A stretch of 64,000 nucleotides of DNA from positions 248,001-312,000 of the forward strand of contig QPGO01000006.1 in the NCBI GenBank assembly GCA_008632985.1. Direction: 5' to 3'. The stretch comes from Psammoneis japonica (lineage: Eukaryota). Of the stretch, positions 23,259 through 34,092 are shown piece by piece. The position numbers were made by a program, and so were the translations under genes. The notes beneath the pieces were generated by a model. It did not search any database and was not told the DNA's origin. It saw nothing but the letters and a program-made list of their open reading frames with translations. How positions within the stretch are numbered: position 1 is the stretch's first letter; every line of letters begins with the position of its first letter.

Positions 23259-23700
23259 GACAATGTGAATGGTTGCGTTGCGGCTGTGTTTTGTGAGGAT
23301 GAATGATGAGAAATGAGATGAGCCTGTCGATGTTCTTCCCGCTCCTATTGACTGACGATTGATTTTGTTGTCAATTGCTTGGGTCTACAAGTTGCGCCTG
23401 CTTGGCTCTCCAGAGTCCAGAGAGGGGGGAGGGACTGTCGAAAATCGAAAATAAGAAATGGTGCTCTTGAGCAGACAATTATACAGTTCGTTACTACATT
23501 CGATTTGAAAGACCAAACTCTACGTCGACAATACCGGGCTCTATACAATGTTAGAACTTCCCTTGCAACGTTTGTTGATGCATTGATTCTTGCACAATGC
23601 GACGGCCGCAGTTGAAATTCCGTAAATAACCGCTGCAATCACAAAAGCAATCGCCATCCACCAGAGTCTACCTTGAATTCCAACAAATTTATCCAAGGCA
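23259..23700 (+). repeat. Dispersed direct duplication of 26799-27207 (3' end and 3' flank of the 27049-28002 gene)
   Basis: Long collinear matches, e.g. GTGAGGATGAATGATGAGAAATGAG, TTGTTGTCAATTGCTTGGGTCTACAAGTTGCGCCTGCTTGGCTCTCCAGAG and GCCGCAGTTGAAATTCCGTAAATAACCGCTGCAATCACAAAAGCAATCGCC. Confidence 0.9.
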
Positions 23701-23704
23701 GGAA

Positions 23705-24780
23705 CTTAAACCTGTTCCGGGATGAGATGGAGACGGATCCAAGAATACTGGTTATTGTTATGATCCCGACAGCGATGCCGGATCGACAATCCCATCATAC
23801 TTACCGTTACGTTGGGCAGGCAATGATCCCAGTTCTCTATTGGATCGTTGCGAGGGAGAGTAAGTCTTTGTCTTTTTTCAATACCAGTGCTTTTGTCTGT
23901 GCTTTCCTCACTCACTACTGTTGTCATGGTCCCATTATTTGATGCAAATTTGTACTTGTAGCTGCGACAACGATTGCCGTGGAGATCTTGTTTGCTTTCA
24001 GCGTGATGGAGGGAGTGCTGCTCGCATTCCAGGTTGTGATGGACAAGGAATTGTTGGTTCTGACTATCTTTTGTTATGATGCCTAGGACTACAAGATTGT
24101 GTTGCAACACGTAGCAAACCCCCCTCTTGCCCCGCTTTGTCGTTGTCAAGGTGATTGCGATACCAACCTGGAGTGCGAGGGCTCTTTGAAATGTTATCAG
24201 CGCAGCGGTATCTATAATGAAATTCCTGGTTGCCGAGGCTACGGAGCGCCAAGCTTTGATTATTGTTATGATGATTCCGACCACGATCCTTTAGCTTTGA
24301 TTAAAAGCTTCGGTGCCAAAGATCCTTTTTTCCTAAAGCTCTTTTGGGAGCAACGTTATGGTTGGCAAGATCATTATGCCGAAATTCCTTGGTGCATGGA
24401 CTGTGATCCCTATTGTCGTGTTGGCGCACTCGTTATTGTGGACGAGTGCGGGATAACTTCAACAGAGTTTCTCTTTTTACCTCAATCGGGCGGCGCCGTT
24501 CAAATCCAAATTGTCGGAACCAACTTTTGTTTGGAGCGTGTCAACAATCTCAAATCGCGATGTCGAGGTTCAAATCTGCAGATCCAACAACCGACGATTA
24601 GGGAAGGGCCAATTTGGCGAGCCCTGATTTGAAATCAATGCCAAATGCTTTGCCGGTTGTTTGAGTCAGCATCATCATCCCAAACTAAGAGAAGAAATCT
24701 ATGTGGATGAATGTTCGGACGCGCATTCGGCGAAGACTGGCCATTCCGTGAATTCGTCGAGCGGCGCTGTAATTTGATGT
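23705..24780 (+). pseudogene. 5'-truncated gene with frustulin-like Cys repeats and a C-terminal ricin-B-like domain
   Basis: PVPG*DGDGSKNTGYCY (in-frame TGA), DCRGDLVCFQR..IPGCDGQG..SDY (frameshift) and CQGDCDTNLEC..IPGC..DYCY, followed by LKLFWEQRYGWQ..WCMDC..NFCLER. Confidence 0.55.
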
Positions 24781-25210
24781 GAATGAAAAATGGTGACGAA
24801 GTTTAATTTATTATTGCTATTGATTTGGATTGTCCTATTGCTGCTGTACTGCAGAGCGGTCCTTTACCAACTACGGTAGAAGTACTTGCTGTGTAATACA
24901 GGAGCACCGTTTCCCTTTCACATACATGATTTGCCCTTGATGGTATGTTGGCAATTATGAATACGGCGTACACAAACAACTCGCTAAAGGGTGGCTTTCA
25001 CTCCTAGCTACCATAGTCTGCTAGCTCTCCTCTGACTCGGTAGAGCTATAGCTACACGAAGTGGTGTTAGGTATGGTAGTCGAAGTGAAAACTCTACGGT
25101 AGAACCAACGATGATGATTAATGTGTTGTACTATACTTTCTGCTCAATGCTAACTAATAACATATACCCCCTTGATTGTCTCCCAACTGACATTCTAATG
25201 CTTCCAGGTA

Positions 25211-26272
25211 CTAAAAAGCACCGATTCGAAAGGCGAGCCTGATTTGTTTCAATGTCGTGACCCAACTTCCAATGGCAGGTGCCAGAACCTCAACACCATT
25301 CTTGGTTTCTTCGCGGGGTTTCATAAACGGCACAGAATCTTGAAAAAAGTTCATCACATGAATCAACGTATCTAAAACTCTCGTTCCCCAATATTTGGCT
25401 TTCCACTCCATTGTAGAGCGACAGTCAGACAAAATTGGGTTCCGAAAGAGCGACACCTTTTCAAAAAGCAGGGTCGCCCGAGTCTTTGCAATCTCCAAAA
25501 CTTTCTTCCCCCAATGTCCAACACTCGATTTGATCTCAGAGAGATGGTTAGACAAGATTGGGTTCCGAAAAGACAAAAAAGTATCGCGTTCCTGCAGAAC
25601 GCGAGCCTGAGTCTGGATTTGCGCGACAACGTCGTTCGAGAATACGTCTACAAGTCTCCACCAAAGCTGAAACACTTCCGACTTGGCTTCCAAAAAAATG
25701 CTGTGCGTGTCCGACAAGAAGGCCGACTGGATCTCCAAAAATATCGTGAACGTATCTTGGAACGGGACTGCCTTGGTCTGAATCGTGCCGTCGGGAGTAG
25801 TGTTGAGAAAAAGTTGCTGGAGGCTGCCGTTGGAGTCGCCATTGTTGTCCGGTACAAAATAGTCATAGACACAATACTCGTTGGTATCTTCTTCTGGTAC
25901 AATCGTGGGCGTGGTATTGCGTAGGAGGTCTTGGACGCGACTCGGAGACTTGTCGCCGTCGTCAAAATAGACGCAAAAACTGGAAGTGATGATGGCGTTT
26001 TCGAAGGGAACTGTGCTGGGAGCAGCATTGCTCATAATGTCATGGTAGTAGCTGGAGGTAGTATCGATATCTGAGTAACTGTTGTTGTCCAAAAACTTGC
26101 GTAGGAGCTCTTGGTTGAACGTGGCGATACTGTCGGTCGCCGTGGTAGCCTTGATCGACAAGGCGCTAACGCAGCGCTTTGTCGTATCAACAAACGAGGC
26201 AGAGAGAGGGCTGATGATGGCACCAGCGCTCATGGCGGCAATGATGGCAAGGACAAAGTTCATGATTTTCAT
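25211..26272 (-). CDS. Hypothetical secreted or targeted protein with a duplicated motif of about 40 aa
   Basis: Long ORF with a hydrophobic N-terminus. FRNPILS....WG..VL occurs twice. Confidence 0.55.
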   Translation of the reverse strand: MKIMNFVLAIIAAMSAGAIISPLSASFVDTTKRCVSALSIKATTATDSIATFNQELLRKFLDNNSYSDIDTTSSYYHDIMSNAAPSTVPFENAIITSSFCVYFDDGDKSPSRVQDLLRNTTPTIVPEEDTNEYCVYDYFVPDNNGDSNGSLQQLFLNTTPDGTIQTKAVPFQDTFTIFLEIQSAFLSDTHSIFLEAKSEVFQLWWRLVDVFSNDVVAQIQTQARVLQERDTFLSFRNPILSNHLSEIKSSVGHWGKKVLEIAKTRATLLFEKVSLFRNPILSDCRSTMEWKAKYWGTRVLDTLIHVMNFFQDSVPFMKPREETKNGVEVLAPAIGSWVTTLKQIRLAFRIGAF

Positions 26273-26517
26273 GATGGACTGTGAACTGACGAGCAATTCA
26301 GAAATTGTGAGAGCACTCGAACGAGAAGAGATTCTGTCTGCAATGGCTGCGCCGTGGTACAAACCTCGTAGAAATCTACGTGGCGTCAGCCGTTATCGCG
26401 TTGAGTTGATGTTCCAAGAAAGTTTCGCGAAAGTTATTTCGGCGCAGTTGGCGCCCCTATCGATCTTAGCCGATCGTACTTTTAAAATTTTCTGTCTAAA
26501 ATCTGTGCTTTACTTTA

Positions 26518-26863
26518 TTTTCACTTCATTCCTGTTGCAGTCAAATCGAAAACAACATGGCGTCAACGACACCTCGACAGTGCCACCACAGCCCACTGCT
26601 GCAATGTCTCCTGCAGTTCCAGAGAAAAAGGAGGATGAGTTCAAGAAGCCACCCGCCACCCAGCGGGGGGCATTGGGGGCGCTCTTCTCGGAGAAGTTGA
26701 GAAACAACAGCTCTCCCCATGGCACTTTGTTTTGGCTCCAGTGTGATTCTCTCTGTTGCAAAGACTGAGTTTGAAGCTGTGGGCTGATGAGCATCTTTGA
26801 CAATGTGAATTCGGTTGCGGCTGCATTGTGAGGATGAATGATGAGAAATGAGAGAACCTGTCC
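26518..26863. other. Small TpA-free patch (CpG largely retained) over an apparent gene-start fragment
   Basis: No TA in 346 bp, while about 9 CG remain. Contains AAAACAACATGGCG followed by protein-like, disrupted sequence. Confidence 0.6.
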
Positions 26864-27048
26864 TAGTGACTGACGATTGATTTTGTTGTCAATTGCTTGG
26901 GTCTACAAGTTGCGCCTGCTTGGCTCTCCAGAGAGAGGGAGCGTAAGAACTCGAAGGAAAATGGAAAACGGGGCTCTTGAGCGGACAACTCTAGTTCGTG
27001 ACTATATTCGATTTGAAAGACCAAACTCTACATCAATAGTATCGGGCT

Positions 27049-28002
27049 CTATACAATGTTGGAACTTCCCTTGCAACGTTTGTTGATGCATTGATTCTTA
27101 CACAATGCACCGGCCGCAGTTGAAATTCCGTAAATAACCGCTGCAATCACAAAAGCAATCGCCATCCACCAGACTCTACCTTGAATTCCCACAAATTTAT
27201 CCAAGGCACACCACATGGTACACGTTCCAAAAAGAGCGCCACCCAGAAACAAGTGATGAAAGCTTTCCCTTGAGTCACCAACAACTTTGACAATGAGGTG
27301 CAGAATTCCAAAAATCTGGCTCGTAAAATACAGAGTGCATCCAATAGCAAGGCCAGTGGCCATTGCTTTGGAATGAATATCAACTTGTACAGGAGAAGCA
27401 CCTGGAATCAAAAGAAAGGCTTGCAAGCCAAAATCCGCAAGCACCGAAATGCCGCCCACCAGAACACCAACGAGCAACACAATGCGTCCCATATACTTGC
27501 TCTTGTCTGTCCCGTTCCTCGCTGCAATCTCGGAAAGCAATCCAAGGAGGAAAAAGAGTACCGTAGTGACAATTGCCATGCATCCATTCGCAAGGTAGTA
27601 ATAGTAATTGTCGGATGGATGAGATTTCCAATGATGAATCAAGTTTGCGGGAGCGCTGTCACGGAGAATCAAGGCCGTGTGTAACCCACATTCGGCAAGA
27701 ATTGACATGGTAAACAAGATTACGCTCAACACAATCACATAGAGCCAAGTCTTCTTTTTGTCTTCTTCCTCCGAGACATCGTCCTGCGCCTCGTCGTTGT
27801 CGAGAAGCACCACGATTGCGGTATCCGCCTCGAGTGGTGGTTCGCTACCCGAGTCGTGTTTTACCTCCACCATTCGAAAGCGGTTTCTCTGCATACCACT
27901 CTGCTGATACGGAGCAATGAGAGCATCAGATTCGTCGTGGATCAGTGCGTACGTTTCGTCAAAGGAAGGAGTGTTCGAGTCAAGGAGTTCGTAATGCGAC
28001 AT
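27049..28002 (-). CDS. Multi-pass membrane protein of unknown function
   Basis: 317-aa ORF with an acidic N-terminus and about 6 hydrophobic helices. Confidence 0.7.
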   Translation of the reverse strand: MSHYELLDSNTPSFDETYALIHDESDALIAPYQQSGMQRNRFRMVEVKHDSGSEPPLEADTAIVVLLDNDEAQDDVSEEEDKKKTWLYVIVLSVILFTMSILAECGLHTALILRDSAPANLIHHWKSHPSDNYYYYLANGCMAIVTTVLFFLLGLLSEIAARNGTDKSKYMGRIVLLVGVLVGGISVLADFGLQAFLLIPGASPVQVDIHSKAMATGLAIGCTLYFTSQIFGILHLIVKVVGDSRESFHHLFLGGALFGTCTMWCALDKFVGIQGRVWWMAIAFVIAAVIYGISTAAGALCKNQCINKRCKGSSNIV

Positions 28003-28423
28003 GGTGGTGAAAGGCAGTCGAAGAATAACAGGGTGTAGTTGTTTGCTTGGGACAAATGAAATTTGTGAGCTCTAGAGGATGATGTACTCCGTCTTGCTAT
28101 CGGAGTGTTATAAAGTCGACTCGTAGCTGACAGTATTTGACTTTTGTCAAAGTGTCGAAACATGTCATATCCACGCTCAGAATAAACATTTTTCGAGTTA
28201 CGATGAGTCGTGGATCGGTCACATACAATCATGAAAAGGATTTCGTGACGTGGATTCTCCGAAGTCATCCCTAAACATTAAAGACGAACGCTAAGTTTTA
28301 AGAAACTAGTAAACATGCCTATCAGTAAACAGGCGCTTACATTCGAGAGCCGCCGTTTGATGGTTTGTATTGATTTTCACCAGAATGAGGCATTCTCGCT
28401 GTCACAAAGATACTACTACACTA

Positions 28424-30153
28424 TTACTTGCTGTATCCCCCACCCATCAACGACAATCGTCCTTGCAATTGCAGCAAATGTGGAAAACTCTCCACCCGTT
28501 CTTGAAGCAAATTCCGCAATGGCCTTAAACTTTGCATCTTGACCGACGCACCACCACCTTTACTACACAATATCAATTGCAACCACGTCGACAGGTCTTG
28601 GGCTCGTGTCGGTTTGCTGGCAAATTTAAAGGTAAGTTTTTGCAAGAGTGTTTCCACATGACTCGATTCCAATTCAGAAATGGTTTGTTCCATCACCTTG
28701 GTGTTGCGCACTTGGAGTGCCAATTCCAGCATGGCATCGTCGCCGCTTGTCAGGGCTTGTTGCAGCAATTTGGAGAGCGATTCGGTCGTTGCCTTTTTGA
28801 CATTAAAATCAAATTCGTTATTGACAGCCACGTCGTCATCATCCTCTTCTTCTTCTTCTAACATTTCTTGTGTCAAACGCTCAAGACGTTCTGCAATGGT
28901 TTCGTCCTCCTTTTCTTCTTCAACTTCTTCCTCTTCCTCCTCCTCGTTGGGTTTCTTGCGCTTGGCTTGTGGCTCACCATCCGCCATTAAGGCTTGTGTC
29001 TCCATTCCAGCCTGTCCGGGTCCCAGCACTTGGACGGGTGCTGCAGCCTTGCGTTTTTTATTCATTTCCGACTCGTTGCTTGATGCAGCCGATAACTCCA
29101 CCCCGAGTTGGGATATCACATTACCATTATCATCCATATAATTGAATTCACGCAAGACTGTTTCCTCCTTGCCGTTGGTAACGATGGTGGCAGCCACCAG
29201 GAGCGTTTCTGATAGCATAAAGTATCGACAAGACTTGGCCGTGTCCTCACAGGATAGGCTGCTTGCCAGAGTGGTGGCAACGTCGTTGCTGTCTGACTTG
29301 ACTTGGTATAAGTATGCTTGTTGCGTATTGGCGGTTTCCACCAAGAGCATGTACTCCTCCGTATCCTTATTGCTGACTACAAACTCCATCTTGGTAACGT
29401 GATCTGCTGCTTGGATTGTAGTAGTAGTGATTGCATCCTTGTCGCCTTGTACATTGATAATTTCAATACTTGTTTTAGACGCTACAGCCAACAGGTTGCC
29501 ATTGGAAGAAAATTCCAAGATTGAGTCCTTGTTGCCGTGCATGGTTTTGAACTTGTTCAACTTGGATCCATCCTGCAACGACACAAGCTTGATTTCAGCC
29601 GTATGGTGCTTCTTTTTCTTTTTCTTTTTTTTTTGTGATTGTCATTGACTACTAGGAGAGCCACGACTTTCTCCTGAAATACCGCAGCAGCCACGGCTTG
29701 TGAGTTTTTGCCACACTTTATTTTCCGAATGCACTTGCCACTTTCCACATTGTACAACAAAACATAGGTCTTGTTTTCTTGAGACGTTACAAACAAACTC
29801 AAGGTTGTTGTTGTGGATGACGTGGATGAAGATGTTTGAATGCTCTGCGTTTGGTACGTGCTTTCGTCTACTTGAATAGTATGCTGAAGGACTCCACGCA
29901 TTACATTCCAAACCACTACACGGTTACTGCTCAACAAGACACAGCAATAGGCGGAACCACAAAAGGCTGCGTCTCCAACAATATGTTCGTCGGGACTTGA
30001 TTTGGGACATGTTAACGTAAATTGCAGCTCTTTCGAAGCAACCTGATAAATGGGAATGGACAAGAACCGACTATTATTGTTTGTTGTTGTGGTAGACGGT
30101 AAAACCGCCAGTAGCGATTCGTCCGGTGATAGAATAGCCGATAACAAAGACAT
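28424..30153 (-). CDS. UTP5: WDR43/UTP5-like SSU processome protein; apparent frameshift in the poly-T run at about 29610-29635
   Basis: Degenerate WD repeats (VVVWNVMRG, LEFSSNGNLLAVAS), an acidic tract, and a C-terminal Utp12/Dip2 domain (SLSKLLQQALTSGDDAMLE...LQLQGRL). Confidence 0.75.
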
Positions 30154-31057
30154 GGTAGACAGTGTGCTCTTTGTAAAGGATGAGGCCAACAATGTTGATT
30201 GCAGATCGCTCGATTATTGCGGATTTCAGATTTCAGTGGTCCTCGTGTTACCATTGACAGATGGACGGACGCATGCGGCCACTTCGCTCCAACGTCCGTC
30301 CGTTGTCAATCCAAATTTTCAAACTCGCGTAGACACCGTAGAATTTGTACCAGAAATCAAATTTTCAAAATCGGACGGACGGTACGCGCAAAACAACGCA
30401 CGGATGAGCGCGAGCGGGCGGACGTGTAGGCAGGATTTATCTCTCAGTACAAAATCCTTGCGTGTAGGTACGCCGTGTGCTTGATTGATGAAGCGGAAGC
30501 GGGAGCAAGATGAGATTGCACGTGACATTGCAACGCAAATCGACACAATGACAGATACAAGATGAGCATGTGGGGTAGTAGTAATCTCTCTCTAGAGAGA
30601 GAGGGGCTTTCTTGTTGTTGACTCGAGGAAAAGGGGGATGCTAGAGTCGCTAGTCTCTAGAGAGAGAACAATAAGTGTGATGTGTGGTGAACCAGCAACA
30701 CTACTATGTCATCGGCAGTCTTGTTTTGCTGGTGTGTAAATTTAGTAAGGTAGACATTCAGTACAAGTGGTTGATGGATTGGAGTCGAGGTATCTAGTAT
30801 GATGTGACTATGGCAATCTGAGTATACCAACAACTTGTTCCTTCGTTCTCGATTGCTGCTTTTTTGTTTCTTCCCCGTCTCTCTGGCCGCCAAACGGGAA
30901 CGTTTTAGGCCCTTGCAATATCAGCGAACAGATCTGATCCTTGATGGTAGGCATGTGTTGGACTGAAAGGTACAGGTGAGACTGGAGGAGGAGTGCATCC
31001 AAAGAAGGTTGGCAAGTCAACTTCTTCTTCTCTCCAATAGATAACTGTGGGGTGGTA

Positions 31058-33514
31058 TTACATTGCATGGTATTTGATGTCGAGACGTTGGCCTCCGAAT
31101 GGTTCGCCGTCGAGTCGAGTAACGTCGAATATCTTCCCATCTTCTTGAAACGAGACATAAGATGCTTGTCATCAGGCGAAAAGGCCAAGCCTGTTGTCTC
31201 GCAAGCTTCTCCGGTCTGAAAAAGATGAATGCAAGTGATTGGTAAGGAATGGAGAGAATAAATCAAACCACACACAACAATCATTCCACTTACTTGTATT
31301 TTTCGAGAATGGTATAAAACCGTCCTTGCGAATCACGGGCATGCACGCCACACGACTCCCCGCCTTCTTCGCAAAAGAATAGCAAATCTTTGTTTCCCAC
31401 GAGCCGAGCCACCTGGTCCGGGCTACCGTCAAAGGTTCCTGATTTTGTCGAGCTTCGAACGTACGTCAAATTGTCATGTCCAGGATAAAGAGGAACTTTT
31501 CCTTTTTGCATGTAAGGTAAATTTTGCCATTTCGAACGTCAATGCCTTCGAGTTCTTTCCATTCAAAATGTTCAAGACAAAACAGTAACGTAAGCAATGA
31601 GCTCTAGACACGACAACAGTACCAAGAAACAAAAATCAACGAGTATCAAACGCTTACCTGGTAGTGCGCCGACGCGCTTGCTCTGCCTTTTCGATTCGAT
31701 TTGACCAGAAAAATGTTCCTTGGTCTCCAGTTGGATCTGGTTTAAGAACCAAGTACTGCGTCTTTCCAGGGGTGTGCAGCAACTCAGAGTAATCGTTTGT
31801 AGATTGTGCTCGAATAACTGCATCGTCATCAGGAGAAAACATGAGCACTGGCCCATCCGCACTATCTGTGTAATAAAAAATTGGGCTTCTTTTGGTCTCT
31901 GTTGTCATAGGCAGCACTTTCGTATTTATCACCTTCACCACCAATTAATGTTTGTCGGCCTTTCACCTTTCCAGATGGATCAACTTCCCACACTTGACCA
32001 CCTACAGGTTAGTTCCATACAAGATTGAGCCAACTCGAGACGGCCAATGGTATCGCAGGCATAAGTACGGGGAGCTTACCTTCGACCTCTTCACAACTGA
32101 GCCATGTTCCCCACCACGTCTTGCCCCCTCCGCAATTTCGTCTAGTATTATCAAGAACCCGTTTATAATCAATCACATTTCCGTTGAGTCAAAACTAATT
32201 GCACCCACACCGCCGCCTCGCGACGTTTCGGCGTTGGAAACGTAAATCCATCCACCAGTGCTCGGATCCGGAAACACGGCTCCGCCGTCGGGATCCTCAT
32301 GCATAACATCCTTCGATTCCATTCCTCCTTTGAATCTTACTGTTTCATTGGTTTTTGCAATCAACTTGGCGGTTAAACCGGTTGAAAGTATCAGGCCATG
32401 TTGAACAACGGAGGTCTGGCCGGGGACATATGTTGGTGATGGCTGAGTCCCTGATCCGGCTCCACCTTGATTCTGAAACAAGTGTTCGGGATCAAAGCAA
32501 TAATCCATGCCTCCGATTCCTTCGCCACGACATCCGGGGACACTATCAGTAGCTCCCTCTCTTCGTTGAAAGCACCAAAGTCCTGCATCGCAATCGTCGC
32601 TTTGCGAGTAGCATTTTGCAAAAGATGGAAATGTCAGACACACACACACACACACATGGAGCGACAGAGCTTTTCATTATCCGTCAGTTGTACTCACTTT
32701 CGATCGCAGTCTCCTTGGCAGCTCTTCAAGGGAAAGGCATTAATTGGTTTTCCCTCGTCAGCCATAAAGACGAGACGATTCTCCTGCGGCCTGTGACAAT
32801 AATCTTGCCCAGAAATTCCTGTCCCGTCACAATGAGGAACTTTTCTATCGTCACGCCGGAAGTAACAAGATAACCCACGTTCACAGTCATTGTCGGTGTC
32901 ACATTCGCCTTGCAATTTCCTAGAGGGAATGCAGACGTTGGCATTCCACCGTCTCCAACCTTGACAAGAACTCCCGTAGGAGGTCGGTAGCAATAAGGAA
33001 CGCCATCAATCCCACCACCAGAACAGCCTTTCACCTCTTCATCTCTTTGTCGTTCTAGCATACAAGATAACCCAAACTTACAATCCTCGTCCGTTTGACA
33101 AGCGCCTTGGCACTCATCAAGTGGATACGCTGTTTCGGGCTTGCCACCTAATCCATTCAAGACGAGTACCTTTTCTTGCGGCTCTGGCCTAAAACAATAG
33201 TCCTTTGCATACTGAGATTTACCAAAACAATGAGGCACCGTTTCATTTGAGTTGCGGTGGAAACATGAAAGGCCCAAATCACATTGTTTATCCCCATCGC
33301 AGTCGCCTTTGAGATGAGCGGAAGGAAAGGCAGATAATTTAGTTGATAAAGAATTGAAAGGTGCTTTCTCAATCTTAGTCTCCTTACCTTCACACTCTAA
33401 CAGAGGATATAAAGATGGATCGTCGGTCGCCTCACCAACATATGCCAGTCGCAATGCTGTAATCGGGATGCATGCAGACAACAGAAATAATGTCGTTCGG
33501 GATAGCAGATGCAT
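31058..33514 (-). CDS. Frustulin-repeat/PhoX fusion, copy 2 (multi-exon, with several apparent frameshifts)
   Basis: Signal peptide and about 4-5 CxGxC repeats, then HEDPDGGAVF, YVSNAE, FDGSPDQVARL, FFCEEGG, ETTGLAFSPD and GQRLDIKYH. Confidence 0.7.
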
Positions 33515-34092
33515 CGGAACGGAACAATACAAGTACAATTGATGCCTTGTGCTTCGGTCAAAAGTAACGGTATTGCTAAATTGATGTGTGAAGCAACCGA
33601 CTTATGACGACGCGACGAAATGAAGCAGTAATACATAATGTTCGTGCGGTCTCTTTTTTGAAAATGTGAAGGGAAGGGGGGTGTTCGGCACACCGCAGAA
33701 AGATTTTGTGGCGCGCACATTAATCACCATTAGTTTCATGTGCTACAGTCGTTTCATGTGCTCCATCCAGCTGCGGCGCCATCCAGCCATCCAGCCAGTC
33801 GTGGTCAATCCATCTATTGATCGACGGTCGGGTCCCTGAGGGAGTCAGATTTTAGATTTTGAGGAGTCGTACCGGTAGGGCTAATAGTACTCTCTACTCT
33901 AGCTAGTAGCTAGATAGCAAGTAGCTAATCTACTCTAGAGGCGAGAGTAGCTAGCTACTAGAAACGATGTTGTGTCTCATTGTTCATTATCCGAAGCTGC
34001 TAGTAGCTAGCTATGGTAGAAGCTAGTAGATGCAGCTAGCTAGGTAGAAGTACATGACTTCCACAGAACGGTGGTAAATGAAAGCGTTTCAG

